Shown: piece after piece, positions 48,540-58,769 of the stretch
Numbering within the stretch: the first letter of the stretch is position 1
How the letters are laid out: every line of letters begins with the position of its first letter
From: Terriglobia bacterium
Lineage (GTDB): Bacteria > Acidobacteriota > Terriglobia > 20CM-2-55-15
NCBI GenBank assembly: GCA_965198225.1
Contig: CBDAOY010000008.1
Location: forward strand, 864,001 to 928,000
Direction: 5' to 3'
DNA length: 64,000 nt
Translations under genes and position numbers: made by a program
Notes under the pieces: generated by a model
Seen by the model: only the letters and a program-made list of their open reading frames with translations
Told to the model about the DNA's origin: nothing
Databases searched by the model: none

Positions 48540-49523
48540 ATGGCTAAGAAACGAATCCTCAGCGGGATGAGGCCGACCGGCCGACTGCACCTGGGCAATT
48601 ACGTCGGTGCTCTGGAGAACTGGGCGCGTCTCCAGCACGAGTACGACAGCTTCCACTTCGTCGCCGACTGGCACGCCCTTACGACGGACTACGACAGCGG
48701 TCTGGACATTCGCGACGACAGTATCGAAGTCGCAACCGATTACCTCGCCGCGGGGCTGGATCCCGAGCGGGTGACGATATTCGTCCAGTCCAGCGTCCCG
48801 GAACATGCCGAGCTGCACCTACTCTTCTCGATGGTCACGCCCCTGGGATGGTTGGAGCGGGTTCCCTCCTACAAGGAAATGCAGGAGAACCTCGATCACG
48901 ACATCAACACGTACGGCTTTCTCGGTTACCCAGTGCTCCAGTCGGCCGACATCCTGATGTACAAGGCCGCCGCCGTCCCGGTCGGAGAAGATCAGGTGGC
49001 GCACGTGGAGCTGACGCGGGAGATCGCCCGGCGCTTCAATCGGATCTACAACACCGACATCTTTCCCGAACCCCAGGCTCTGCTCACTGCGACGCCCAAG
49101 CTTCCGGGCACCGATGGCCGCAAGATGAGCAAGAGCTACGGGAACACGATCGCGATCGGCGACTCACCCGAGGATGTGCGGGCTTCGATGATGACCATGA
49201 TGACCGACCCTGCGCGCAAGCGCCGGGTCGATCCTGGTAACCCCGACGTGTGTCCCGTTTTCGACTACCACAAGGTGTTTTCCAGCCCGGAAACGATCGC
49301 CGAGGTGGACCAAGGTTGTCGCTCCGCCGGAATAGGCTGTGTCGAGTGCAAGGGTTGGCTTTTCGACAGCCATCAGAACAAGTTGGGCCCGATCTACGAG
49401 CGACGCCTCCATTACGAGAAAAACAGGCGGGAGGTCATCGACGTACTGGACGGCGGAGCCAAGCGAGCGCAGAGTTTCGCTCGGGAGACCACGTCCCAGG
49501 TTCGGGACGTAATGAAGCTGTGA
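48540..49523 (+). CDS. trpS: Tryptophanyl-tRNA synthetase
   Basis: SGMRPTG.LHLGN, YPVLQSADI, VPVGEDQ, KMSKS. Confidence 0.96.
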   Translation: MAKKRILSGMRPTGRLHLGNYVGALENWARLQHEYDSFHFVADWHALTTDYDSGLDIRDDSIEVATDYLAAGLDPERVTIFVQSSVPEHAELHLLFSMVTPLGWLERVPSYKEMQENLDHDINTYGFLGYPVLQSADILMYKAAAVPVGEDQVAHVELTREIARRFNRIYNTDIFPEPQALLTATPKLPGTDGRKMSKSYGNTIAIGDSPEDVRASMMTMMTDPARKRRVDPGNPDVCPVFDYHKVFSSPETIAEVDQGCRSAGIGCVECKGWLFDSHQNKLGPIYERRLHYEKNRREVIDVLDGGAKRAQSFARETTSQVRDVMKL

Positions 49524-49540
49524 GTTCGGCTCCGCAGTTA

Positions 49541-49774
49541 GCCCGTTATGCCTGTCGACACTAGAACCTTTGTACGCGTCACCTGCATAACGGGCCAGGC
49601 GCCAAAGGCGCCGCCGCGAGGAAGCGGCGCGCGGCTGGCAGCGCCACGCAAGCGAACGAGCCGGGGTCCGGGGCAGAGCCCCGGCTAGGAAGAAACCGAA
49701 GGCGCCGCTGTCGCGAGGAAGAATCAACGGCTGACGAGCCATCGCAAGCTGAACGAGTTGGGTCCGGTTGCAGA
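49541..49774. repeat. Intergenic repeat cluster: 11-bp inverted repeat plus two degenerate direct repeats of about 75 bp
   Basis: GCCCGTTATGC/GCATAACGGGC (49541-49595); AAGGCGCCGC..CGCGAGGAAG..CGCAAGC.GAACGAG..GGGTCCGG..GCAGA at 49605-49677 and 49699-49774. Confidence 0.7.
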
Positions 49775-49812
49775 CTTCTTAGCCCCAGGCTCCTAGTCAG
49801 TTCCGGAAGACC

Positions 49813-50562
49813 ATGGCCGATGAGCTAAGGATAACGTTGCCGCTCTACGAAGGGCCACTCGACCTGCTGCTGGACATGATCCGGAAGCAGAAGATCGACA
49901 TTTACGACATCCCGATCGCGGAAGTCACAGCACAGTACCTGGACTTCCTGCACCTGATGAAGGAGATGAACGTCGATCTGGCCTCGGAGTTTCTTCTGAC
50001 GGCCGCGCAACTCATCTACATCAAGTCCCGCATGCTGCTGCCTTCCGATCCCGACGCGGACCCGGAGGAAGACGAGGATCCCCGGGCCGAGCTCGTTCGT
50101 CGCCTGCTTGAGTACGAGAAGTTCAAGAATGCCGCCGAGATGCTCTACCAGAAGGAGATGATCGAACGAGCGATCTGGACCCGGCCGGGCAGTCTGGACT
50201 CTGGCGGCCAGGAACCCGAGCACCAGGTAACGGCGACTCTCTTTGACATGCTGTCGGTGTTTCGCGACGTCCTGAAGCGCTTCGAGGAGCGCCCGCCCCT
50301 GGATATTGCGCGAGAGGAGTTTTCCGTCGAGCAGATGATGAAGTTCGTGCTCGGTGAGGTCCGCAGCGCACCGAACGCTGTGGGCTTCTTGAAACTTCTG
50401 GAAAACTTCTCGACGCGAGGCGCCCTGATTACGGTCTTCCTGGCCTTGCTCGAACTGGCTCGAATTCGTGCGATCAGTATTTCGCAGAAGGGAGCCCTCT
50501 CCGACATTCAGCTCACAGCCAACCCGAACTATGAGCGATCCGAAACTTTCAGCATTGCTTGA
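49813..50562 (+). CDS. scpA: Segregation and condensation protein A
   Basis: YEGPLDLLL, IKSRMLLP, DPRAELVRRLLEY, FLALLEL. Confidence 0.94.
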   Translation: MADELRITLPLYEGPLDLLLDMIRKQKIDIYDIPIAEVTAQYLDFLHLMKEMNVDLASEFLLTAAQLIYIKSRMLLPSDPDADPEEDEDPRAELVRRLLEYEKFKNAAEMLYQKEMIERAIWTRPGSLDSGGQEPEHQVTATLFDMLSVFRDVLKRFEERPPLDIAREEFSVEQMMKFVLGEVRSAPNAVGFLKLLENFSTRGALITVFLALLELARIRAISISQKGALSDIQLTANPNYERSETFSIA

Positions 50563-51172
50563 GGCCATCATCTATCTGGCCGAAGAACCGGTGCGCATCG
50601 GACAGATCACCCGGGCGCTCAAAGATGTGTCCCGCAAAGAGGTGACGGCCGGCATCGGGGAGCTCATCGATAAATACCAGGCTCCAGAACACGGAGTTGA
50701 GATCCGTGAAATCGCAGGAGGGTATCTCTTCTCGACAAAAGCGGAGCATCACGAAATCCTGAAGAGGTTCGCCAAGAGCCTGGTGCCACCGACACGCCTC
50801 TCCCTTGCGGCACTCGAAACGCTTGCCGTGATCGCCTACCGCCAACCCATGACCGTGCCCGAGATTCAGGAGATCCGCGGGGTACAGGCCAGCGGTGTGA
50901 TCAAGACGCTGCTGGACCGCAAACTCGTCACGGCAGCCGGTCGTAAAGAAGTCATCGGCAGACCGATTCTCTACAAGACCACTCGAGATTTCCTGATCCA
51001 CTTCGGCCTCAAAAGCCTTGACGAACTGCCAAGCATGGAGGAGTTTGAAGAGTTGATCAAGAGCGAGCACTCCGTCGGGCAGGCCGAGCTCCCATTAGAC
51101 GATCCGGAAGGGAATCAGGCGGACGATCAGGGGACGACCGACGGGGGGGCCGACATCCCGCCGGACGCCTAA
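50531..51172 (+). CDS. scpB: Segregation and condensation protein B
   Basis: LSLAALETLAVIAYRQP, IRGV, GRPILY.TT..FL. Confidence 0.94.
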   Translation: MSDPKLSALLEAIIYLAEEPVRIGQITRALKDVSRKEVTAGIGELIDKYQAPEHGVEIREIAGGYLFSTKAEHHEILKRFAKSLVPPTRLSLAALETLAVIAYRQPMTVPEIQEIRGVQASGVIKTLLDRKLVTAAGRKEVIGRPILYKTTRDFLIHFGLKSLDELPSMEEFEELIKSEHSVGQAELPLDDPEGNQADDQGTTDGGADIPPDA

Positions 51173-51208
51173 CGCCGGTAATCGCCACATCCTCTTCAGA
51201 ACCAATCG

Positions 51209-52024
51209 ATGGACGAACGTCTACAGAAGATCCTGGCCCACGCCGGCGTCGCGTCTCGCCGAGCGGCTGAGGAGATGATCGTTGCCGGCCGGGTTTCGGT
51301 GAACGGCAACGTCGTGCGGAAGATGGGCGTCCGCGCAAACCCGTTCCGTGACATCATTGCCGTCGACGGAGATCGGATTCCCAAGGCAGGCAAGCCGGTC
51401 TACGTGCTGCTCAACAAACCCCGCAGCGTCGTTTCGACGCTGGAAGATCCCGAAAAAAGACAAACGGTCGTCGATCTGATTCGACCCAAGATCCACGAAC
51501 GTGTGTATCCCGTCGGTCGGCTCGATTTCGCATCCGAGGGACTCCTGATCCTCACCAACGACGGAGAGTTCACGCGATTCATGACGAGGGGAGGCCACGT
51601 CCCCAAGGTATACCGGGTGAAGGTTTCCCGAACCCCGGCCGAGGAAGAACTGGGACGACTTCGCCGAGGCCTGCGGGCAGGGGGTATCCGCTACGCCGCA
51701 TGCAAAATCCACCTCGTCAAACCGGGGACGAACCCATGGTATGAGATCACCCTGCTGCAGGGCCGAAACCGTCAGATCCGCCGGATGATCGAGGCCATCG
51801 GGCATCGTGTCCTCAAACTGCGACGGACGCGAATCGGCTTCCTGGAGGACCCGCGGCTGAAACCCGGAGAATGGCGCCTCCTGCAAGCGTCCGAAATCAA
51901 GAAATTCTATGATCGTTACTCGAACCAGGAGGCAACCGAGCCCGGTCACTCCCGGCCGGTCGGGATCCGCAAGACGAAGGCTCCCCGGGCCTTCAAGAAC
52001 AAGACGAAGCGGAGAAGACTATGA
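51209..52024 (+). CDS. rluB: rRNA pseudouridine synthase (RluB/RsuA family)
   Basis: S4 domain RLQKILA..GVASRR, GRLD, QGRNRQIRRM. Confidence 0.88.
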   Translation: MDERLQKILAHAGVASRRAAEEMIVAGRVSVNGNVVRKMGVRANPFRDIIAVDGDRIPKAGKPVYVLLNKPRSVVSTLEDPEKRQTVVDLIRPKIHERVYPVGRLDFASEGLLILTNDGEFTRFMTRGGHVPKVYRVKVSRTPAEEELGRLRRGLRAGGIRYAACKIHLVKPGTNPWYEITLLQGRNRQIRRMIEAIGHRVLKLRRTRIGFLEDPRLKPGEWRLLQASEIKKFYDRYSNQEATEPGHSRPVGIRKTKAPRAFKNKTKRRRL

Positions 52025-53109
52025 AATTCATGGACATCGTACCGGAGCACATCCGCGCCATCCAGCCATACAAGCCCGGCAAACCGGTTGAAGAAGTCGA
52101 GCGCGAACTCGGCATTTCGGCCATCAAGCTCGCGTCGAACGAGAACCCCTGGGGACCCTCGCCAAAAGCAGTGGCGGCGGTGCGGGAGTATCTCGAGGAC
52201 GCGGGCCGATATCCGGAAGATACGGGCTTTTACCTTCGCCGCCGTCTCGCGGAGAAGCACGGTGTTGACATGAACGACATTATCGTTGGTGCGGGTTCGA
52301 GTGAAATTCTCGCGATGGCGTTTCACTCCTTGATCGGGCCCGGTGACGAGGTGCTGACTTCCGAAGGGTCGTTCGTCCTCTACTACCTGCTCACCCAGGG
52401 CATGGGGGGGAGACTCGTTGCGATGCCCCTGCGGGACTACCGCTTCGATCTGGATGCCATGTCGGAGCGAATCGGGGAAAAGACCCGGCTGATTCTCATC
52501 GCTAATCCGAACAACCCGACCGGTACGATGGTGGGACGTTCCGAGGTTGGGCGTTTCATGGAAAAAGTGCCTGAACACGCACTGGTCGTGTTTGACGAGG
52601 CTTACTTCGAGTATGTCCAGGACGACGACTACCCTGATTCGTTCGAATACCTTTCGTCCGGTCGGGGCGTGTTGATTCTGCGGACCTTTTCCAAGGCGTA
52701 CGGCCTGGCCGGCTTCCGTGTCGGTTACGGCATAGGGCAGCCGGACGTCGTGGAGATCCTGCACAAGGTGCGCCCTCCGTTCAACACACCCAGCGTTGCC
52801 CAGGTCGCGGCGCTGGCCGCTTCGGACGACCAGGATCATGTCCGCAGAAGCGTGGGCGAAAACCGCAAGGAGTTGGACTTCCTTGCTGCTGAATTCGAAG
52901 CGCGAAACATGCCCGCTGTCGGGTCGGTGGCGAATTTTGTCCTGGTCGATGTCGGGATTCCGGCGGGAGAAGCTTTCGAGAGGCTCATGCGGCTCGGAGT
53001 GATCGTACGCCCGATGCATGGCGCCGGCTTTCCGACCATGGTGCGCGTTTCAGTGGGCACCCACGACGAGAACGAACAGTTCCTGAGTGCCCTGGACCAG
53101 GTTCGATGA
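52021..53109 (+). CDS. hisC: Histidinol-phosphate aminotransferase
   Basis: KLASNENP, NPNNPTG, DEAY, RTFSKAYGLAG.RVG. Confidence 0.92.
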   Translation: MKFMDIVPEHIRAIQPYKPGKPVEEVERELGISAIKLASNENPWGPSPKAVAAVREYLEDAGRYPEDTGFYLRRRLAEKHGVDMNDIIVGAGSSEILAMAFHSLIGPGDEVLTSEGSFVLYYLLTQGMGGRLVAMPLRDYRFDLDAMSERIGEKTRLILIANPNNPTGTMVGRSEVGRFMEKVPEHALVVFDEAYFEYVQDDDYPDSFEYLSSGRGVLILRTFSKAYGLAGFRVGYGIGQPDVVEILHKVRPPFNTPSVAQVAALAASDDQDHVRRSVGENRKELDFLAAEFEARNMPAVGSVANFVLVDVGIPAGEAFERLMRLGVIVRPMHGAGFPTMVRVSVGTHDENEQFLSALDQVR

Positions 53110-53495
53110 ACATCGCACAGATTCTCCAGACCTACCGCACGATCGCCGTCGTCGGGCTCTCCTCCAGCCCCTGGAGGCCGAGCCACTCGGTCTCGAAATA
53201 CATGCAGGGCCACGGATATCGCATCATTCCGGTCAACCCGAACGAAGACTCGGTACTGGGTGAGCTCGCGTATCCCCGCCTGGAGGATGTCCCTGAAGCG
53301 GTGGAGATCGTGGATGTTTTCCGGCGTTCCGAATACGTGCCGGACATCGTGGAATCGGCGATTCGGATCGGGGCAAGGGTCGCATGGCTACAGGAAGGTG
53401 TGTTTCACGAAGCAGCCGCGGCACGGGGGCGCGAAGCCGGACTGGATGTCGTCATGGACCGCTGCATCCTGAAAGAACACGCGGCCACCCGGTGA
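53106..53495 (+). CDS. CoA-binding protein (YccU-like)
   Basis: IAVVGLS, IPVNP, VDVFRR, WLQEG, MDRC. Confidence 0.9.
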   Translation: MNIAQILQTYRTIAVVGLSSSPWRPSHSVSKYMQGHGYRIIPVNPNEDSVLGELAYPRLEDVPEAVEIVDVFRRSEYVPDIVESAIRIGARVAWLQEGVFHEAAAARGREAGLDVVMDRCILKEHAATR

Positions 53496-53550
53496 TCGAG
53501 CGACAGCGCCCAGTCTCAAGAATGCGAACCGAGGCCCTGCTGTCCCTGAA

Positions 53551-54855
53551 TTACCGTTTTCTGTTCCGCTTCTTCTCGATCTCTTCCAACCTCTGCTTGA
53601 CCCGCGCCTCGACCCCGACGTCCGTGGGGCGGTAGAAGCGCTGACCGAGGAGGCTTTCAGGCAGGCAATGCATGTCGGCAACCTGATCCTCGGTGTCGTG
53701 GGCGTACTCGTAGCCTTCTCCGTAGTGGAGTTTCTTCATCAAGCGGGTCGACGCATTACGAAGGTGCAACGGCACGGGTTCTGCCCGGCTGTAGCGGGCC
53801 TTCTCCAACGCAGCCGAATAGGCCGTGTAGACCGAAGTCGATTTCGGCGCCGCCGCCAGGTAGATGGCGCATTGGGCCAGCGCCAGTGCTCCCTCCGGCA
53901 TCCCGATGAAGGCCACCGAATCCTTGGCGTTCAACGCGACTCGAAGGGCGGTGGGATCCGCCAGGCCCACGTCTTCCGACGCAAAACGAACCAGACGGCG
54001 GGCTACGTAGAGGGGATCCTCACCGGCATCGAGCATGCGCGCGAGCCAGTAGAGTCCGGCATCGACGTCCGAGTTCCGGATGGACTTGTGCAGGGCCGAG
54101 ATGATGTTGTAGTGCTCCTCGCCGGACTTGTCGTAGAGAAGCACCTTCTGCTGCGCGACCTCTTGGATGATGTCTCTGTTTATCTCCTGGTGCGATTCGA
54201 TCGACTGGGACGCCATTTCGAGTATGTTGTATCCCGCCCGAGCGTCCCCGTTGGCCAGGTCGACGATGGTCCGAGTGGCTTCGGCACCGAGGTCATAGTT
54301 GAACCTGGCGGCCGCCCGCTCGATCAGGGTGTGGATTTCGTCATCGGTCAAAGCTTCCAGGACAAAGACGCGGACGCGTGACAAAAGCGCCGCGATCACT
54401 TCGAAGGAAGGATTCTCGGTCGTCGCGCCAATCAGCGTAATACTCCCTTTTTCCACGTAAGGCAGGAAAGCATCCTGCTGCGCTTTGTTGAAGCGGTGAA
54501 TCTCGTCAATGAAGAGGATCGTCCGGCGGCCCAGGTGGTGGGAGCGTTCGGATACCGCCATGATGTCCTTGATCTCTTTGATACCGGACAGAACGGCGCT
54601 GAAGGTCAGGAACTGCGACTTCGTCATGTGCGCGATGATCTGGGCCAGCGTGGTCTTGCCAACGCCGGGCGGGCCCCACAGGACCATCGAGGGAACCTGG
54701 TCATGTTCGATCGCGACCCGCAACGCCTTGCCGGGACCGAGAAGGTGCGCCTGACCGATGAACCCATCGAGTGCTTCGGGGCGCATACGTTCGGCGAGTG
54801 GTGCGGCCTCGGGTTCACCAGGCGGTTTCGGTTCTTCAAACAGTGAATCCATCAT
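53551..54855 (-). CDS. rarA: Replication-associated recombination protein A
   Basis: PLAERMRP, WGPPGVGKTT, DEIHRFNKAQQD, GATTENP, SALHKS. Confidence 0.95.
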   Translation of the reverse strand: MMDSLFEEPKPPGEPEAAPLAERMRPEALDGFIGQAHLLGPGKALRVAIEHDQVPSMVLWGPPGVGKTTLAQIIAHMTKSQFLTFSAVLSGIKEIKDIMAVSERSHHLGRRTILFIDEIHRFNKAQQDAFLPYVEKGSITLIGATTENPSFEVIAALLSRVRVFVLEALTDDEIHTLIERAAARFNYDLGAEATRTIVDLANGDARAGYNILEMASQSIESHQEINRDIIQEVAQQKVLLYDKSGEEHYNIISALHKSIRNSDVDAGLYWLARMLDAGEDPLYVARRLVRFASEDVGLADPTALRVALNAKDSVAFIGMPEGALALAQCAIYLAAAPKSTSVYTAYSAALEKARYSRAEPVPLHLRNASTRLMKKLHYGEGYEYAHDTEDQVADMHCLPESLLGQRFYRPTDVGVEARVKQRLEEIEKKRNRKR

Positions 54856-55637
54856 CTCTGCGCATCAAGCCCACGCCGTCGTGCCGCTTCGTAGAGGACG
54901 ATACCCGCTACGACTGCCGCATTCAAGGACTCGACGGCGTCTTGGTGCGGTACCCGGAACAGTCGATCACACATGTCCTTCTCCTCCGTCGAGAGTCCGC
55001 CACCTTCGTTACCGAACAGGACTGCGGCAGGCTGCTCCCAGGAGAATTCGCCAAGCGGCTGCGGCGCGTCCGTAGCGGTTCCGAGCAGATGGATTCGGGC
55101 CGAACGCAACCGTTGGGCGAGGGCCCCGAGGTCTAGATCCCAGCAAAGTGGCAGGCGGAACAAACTGCCCGCGCTAGCTCGGACGAGCTTATCGTTGTAA
55201 AGGCTCACGGTCCCGAGGGTCGCGAGGCACCCGGCAGCGCCGAAGGCTTCCGCCACCCGCAGGATGGTTCCGGCGTTGCCGGGGTCCTGAATTCGGCAAA
55301 GAACGACAAGGACTTGCGGATCAGTTTCGAGGACGTCAGCGAGGGTGAACGTTCGGGGACGGACCAGGGCGATCGCTCCCTGAGAGTGTCGCGTCGCCTG
55401 TATCGACCGGAAGACCTGGCCTGCCAGTGTGTAAGTCGGCGGGGAGACCGGCGGCGTGTAGGTAGTGTGCTGCTCGAGAAACAGTTCGACGATCTCCACG
55501 CCGCTCCGATGCGCTTCCTCGATCAGAGTCGGTCCTTCCACCGGCAGCAGGCCGTCAGCGGTGAGGGACCCGCGAGAGATGGACTTCCGGATTTCCTTCA
55601 GACGCGGGTTGTGCCTGCCGATCGTCTCGGGCGTCAT
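54852..55637 (-). CDS. TrmH/SpoU family RNA methyltransferase
   Basis: IQDPGNAGTILR, FGNEGGG, ESLNAA. Confidence 0.9.
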   Translation of the reverse strand: MTPETIGRHNPRLKEIRKSISRGSLTADGLLPVEGPTLIEEAHRSGVEIVELFLEQHTTYTPPVSPPTYTLAGQVFRSIQATRHSQGAIALVRPRTFTLADVLETDPQVLVVLCRIQDPGNAGTILRVAEAFGAAGCLATLGTVSLYNDKLVRASAGSLFRLPLCWDLDLGALAQRLRSARIHLLGTATDAPQPLGEFSWEQPAAVLFGNEGGGLSTEEKDMCDRLFRVPHQDAVESLNAAVVAGIVLYEAARRRGLDAQR

Positions 55638-55810
55638 GACCGTCATTATCGCAGCAGCTGTGGCCTCCATCCGTAAGAAACGTATGACACGGATAGGATT
55701 CAACGGATATTCTGACGAAATGGAATCTGTTAAATCCGTGGCACACCGATTGAGGTGATGGCTGAACACCCAGCGAAACAATCCAAATATTTTTTGGTAG
55801 TCTTGATCCC

Positions 55811-56455
55811 ATGAGGGTGGTCGACGCCGGACGACACTCGGGGGAAGCAGTTGACGCGGTTATCGATGTCGTCGCCAGCGGCGGAGTGATCTGCTTTCCC
55901 ACCGACACCGCCTATGGTCTCGGCGTCGACCCGGGTAACACCTCGGCCCTGGATCGCCTGTTCACGATCAAGGGCCGGGCTGCGAACAAGCCGATACTGC
56001 TGTTGGTCGACTCGATCGATATGGCACGGACACTGTCGAGAGAGACCGCTCTGTTTGAGCACCTGGTCGGGGAATTCTGGCCCGGCCCCATCACGCTCGT
56101 TGTCTCGGCGGCGCCGGGTCTGTCGGAGCGTGTGACCGCCGGTAGCGGTACCGTGGGCATTCGTTGGCCGCAAGCACCGCTCGCGACCAGGCTGGTCGGC
56201 CGCCTCGGCCACCCCTTGACGGGGACCAGCGCAAACCTGAGCGGAGAGGCTCCAGCCCGCTCTGCGACCGAGGCCGTCGAGCAACTCGGGGATCGGGTAG
56301 ATCTGGTCGTCGATGGCGGCGCGTCTCCGGACACGCCGCCGTCGACCCTGCTCGATCTGACGAAGGATCCACCCCGGCTTCTGCGCGAAGGCTCGATCAC
56401 ATACGATGATCTGGCGAGTTTGCTTAATGGGCGTCTGCGAAAGGTTTCGTCATGA
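55811..56455 (+). CDS. tsaC: L-threonylcarbamoyladenylate synthase
   Basis: PTDTAYGL, KGR..NKP, WPGP, TSANLSG, PST. Confidence 0.92.
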   Translation: MRVVDAGRHSGEAVDAVIDVVASGGVICFPTDTAYGLGVDPGNTSALDRLFTIKGRAANKPILLLVDSIDMARTLSRETALFEHLVGEFWPGPITLVVSAAPGLSERVTAGSGTVGIRWPQAPLATRLVGRLGHPLTGTSANLSGEAPARSATEAVEQLGDRVDLVVDGGASPDTPPSTLLDLTKDPPRLLREGSITYDDLASLLNGRLRKVSS

Positions 56456-57060
56456 TCCGTCGTTTGCTCAAAGTTGCGGTTCTGCTCATCGTTGTCATCA
56501 CCCTTTTCGGGTTCGCGTACGGGGCCGTGATGTTCTCCCGCATCCGGACCTCCGCCGGACACGACCAGGCCCAACGCGTCGACGCAATCATCGTCATGGG
56601 AGCGGCGCAGTACAACGGACAACCCTCGCCGGTGCTGAAAGCCCGGCTGGACCACGCGCACGACCTCTTCGATCGGGGCTTTGCGAACATCATCATCACC
56701 ACCGGTGGCTTCGGTCCGGACCCCAACTTCTCCGAGGCACACGTCAGCGCCCGGTACCTTTCCGAACAGGGAATAGATCCGTCGCAGATCGTGACCGAGC
56801 AGGGAAGCGGCACCACTTACGACACGGTTCAAGCCGCGTCCCGTCTGATGCATTCCAATGGTTGGAAGAAAGCCCTGGTTGTCAGTGATGGGTTCCATCT
56901 CTACCGCGTGAAAGAGATCTTCGCTGACAGCCGCGTGGACGCGCTGACTTCGCCTGCGCCGGCCAGTCCGATCGAGGTGGCATCGACCTCCCGCATCTGG
57001 TTCACCGTGAGGGAGATCGTTTTGCTGTCCGCGTATCGTCTTGTCCGTTTGGTGGGATAG
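56452..57060 (+). CDS. YdcF/DUF218 family protein
   Basis: IVMGAA, L.ARLD, TGG, SEA, VSDGFH. Confidence 0.85.
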   Translation: MIRRLLKVAVLLIVVITLFGFAYGAVMFSRIRTSAGHDQAQRVDAIIVMGAAQYNGQPSPVLKARLDHAHDLFDRGFANIIITTGGFGPDPNFSEAHVSARYLSEQGIDPSQIVTEQGSGTTYDTVQAASRLMHSNGWKKALVVSDGFHLYRVKEIFADSRVDALTSPAPASPIEVASTSRIWFTVREIVLLSAYRLVRLVG

Positions 57061-57073
57061 GGCGATCAGCCGT

Positions 57074-57098
57074 CTAGTGACCTGTTGCAGGCCACTAG
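57074..57098. repeat. CTAG-bounded palindrome (collapsed TIR-like element)
   Basis: CTAGTGACCTG-TTG-CAGGCCACTAG; right arm recurs at 22123-22137. Confidence 0.55.
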
Positions 57099-58603
57099 GA
57101 TGGATCAATCCAGATTTCGTTCAGGAATTCGTACTCGCCAGCCGGGTAGAGCTTCATGCCCTGGACGCGCCTGTTGTACACGCACACGTTGTCGATGTAC
57201 CAGAGGCTCACGTAGGGCAACTCCTCGGAGACCGTCTTCTGGACCAGCTCGTAGTATTCCTTCCTCTTCTCGGTGTCGGTCTCGCTTTGGGCCGCATCGA
57301 CCCAGCGGTCCACGTCTTCGTTCGCATAGTGGCCGCGGTTGGCGCCGTTTGGCGGAACCATTTCGGAGTGAAAGATCAAGTTGAAGATATCCGGATCGTT
57401 GTTTCCCCCGATCCACCGCAGGGAGTACATCTGGAAGTTGCCTTTGATGACATCGTCATAGAAGGTGGCGAATTCGTTGGAGCGTATTTCCATGTCGATC
57501 CCGATGCTCCGGAGCTGTTGCTGCAAGACCTCCGCGACCAGGCGCCCTGTTTCGTCCGTGGAGGTCCGGTATGTGAAGGCCAGGTCGGTGTAGCCCGCCT
57601 CGGCGAGGATCGCGCGAGCGTGTTCCGGGTCGTATTCGTAACGTGTCACGCCATCAAAATAGGCCCAGTTCGTGGGCGGAAGAACCGAATCGGCGACCCG
57701 GACCTGGTTTCTCCAAACGTTCTGGATGATGCCTTCACGATCGATCGCATGGGCGACGGCCTGGCGAACGCGGAGGTCGCCGAATAGTGGGTCGTCAAGG
57801 TTGAAGGCCAGATACTGGTAGTTGGTGCCTTCGGCCGTCATCACGTCCAGTGCCGGTTCGGAAACCAGCGCCTCGATCATGTCGGCGGGGAGGACGTTCA
57901 GCGCAATATCGACGGTTCCCTTGCGCAGTTCCAGGCCTCGGACGACGGCCTCTGGAATGATCTTGAAACGTACCGCGTCGAGCTTCGGCGTCGGCCCGAA
58001 GTAGTCCTGGTTTGCCTGGAGCAGAACCTCGCCGTCACGGATGTAGTGTTCGAAGCGAAACGGACCGGAACCGATCGGGTGGTCGAAAAAATCGGGGCCT
58101 GAGCCCTCGGGCACGATGCCGATTGCGCCGCGAGCCAGGTTCCACAGGAATGGAGCGAACGGCTCGCTCAGGCGGAAGACGACGGTGTGGTCGTCCAGGG
58201 CCTCGACCTCGTCCAGCAGGCGGTACGTTCCGGCTTTTGCCGTACGAATCGACCCGTCCATGACCGTCTGGAACGTGTACACAACATCCCGGGCCGTCAG
58301 CGGCCGACCATCGTGAAACCTTACCCCCTCGCGGAGACGAAACACGTATGTCGTCGGATCGGGAATCTCCCAGCTTTCGGCCAGGTCCGGGACGATCGAT
58401 GCCGCCTCATCCTTCCGGACCAGTGAGTTGAAGATCAGTTGGACTAGTCTCTCCGACGAAGCATCGGTCCCGATGCGCGGGTCCAGGTTCGTCGGCGGCA
58501 CGTCCAGCGCCAGCGTGACGATGTTCTCCGAGGTTGGTGCGGGTCCGCAGCCCGACAAAGCCGCCAGCAAAAGCAGGGGTGCGACCCATGAACGAAAGCT
58601 CAT
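57095..58603 (-). CDS. ABC transporter peptide-binding lipoprotein (SBP family 5)
   Basis: LSGC lipobox, PDLAESW, FHDG.PLTA.DV, GSGPF, VRQAVAHAIDR. Confidence 0.9.
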   Translation of the reverse strand: MSFRSWVAPLLLLAALSGCGPAPTSENIVTLALDVPPTNLDPRIGTDASSERLVQLIFNSLVRKDEAASIVPDLAESWEIPDPTTYVFRLREGVRFHDGRPLTARDVVYTFQTVMDGSIRTAKAGTYRLLDEVEALDDHTVVFRLSEPFAPFLWNLARGAIGIVPEGSGPDFFDHPIGSGPFRFEHYIRDGEVLLQANQDYFGPTPKLDAVRFKIIPEAVVRGLELRKGTVDIALNVLPADMIEALVSEPALDVMTAEGTNYQYLAFNLDDPLFGDLRVRQAVAHAIDREGIIQNVWRNQVRVADSVLPPTNWAYFDGVTRYEYDPEHARAILAEAGYTDLAFTYRTSTDETGRLVAEVLQQQLRSIGIDMEIRSNEFATFYDDVIKGNFQMYSLRWIGGNNDPDIFNLIFHSEMVPPNGANRGHYANEDVDRWVDAAQSETDTEKRKEYYELVQKTVSEELPYVSLWYIDNVCVYNRRVQGMKLYPAGEYEFLNEIWIDPS

Positions 58604-58769
58604 AATCGATCATGTTAGCCCCTTCCGGGTCACAACGGGGGATCATTGCCTACGGAATAAGATCAACAACACCTAGAGCGCGGTGGAGGCGCCGCAGGCG
58701 TATGAATAATACGCCGAGGACGGACGTGCGAGCGTGACAACGCCCAGGTGGATGCATCCGCCGCGCGAT

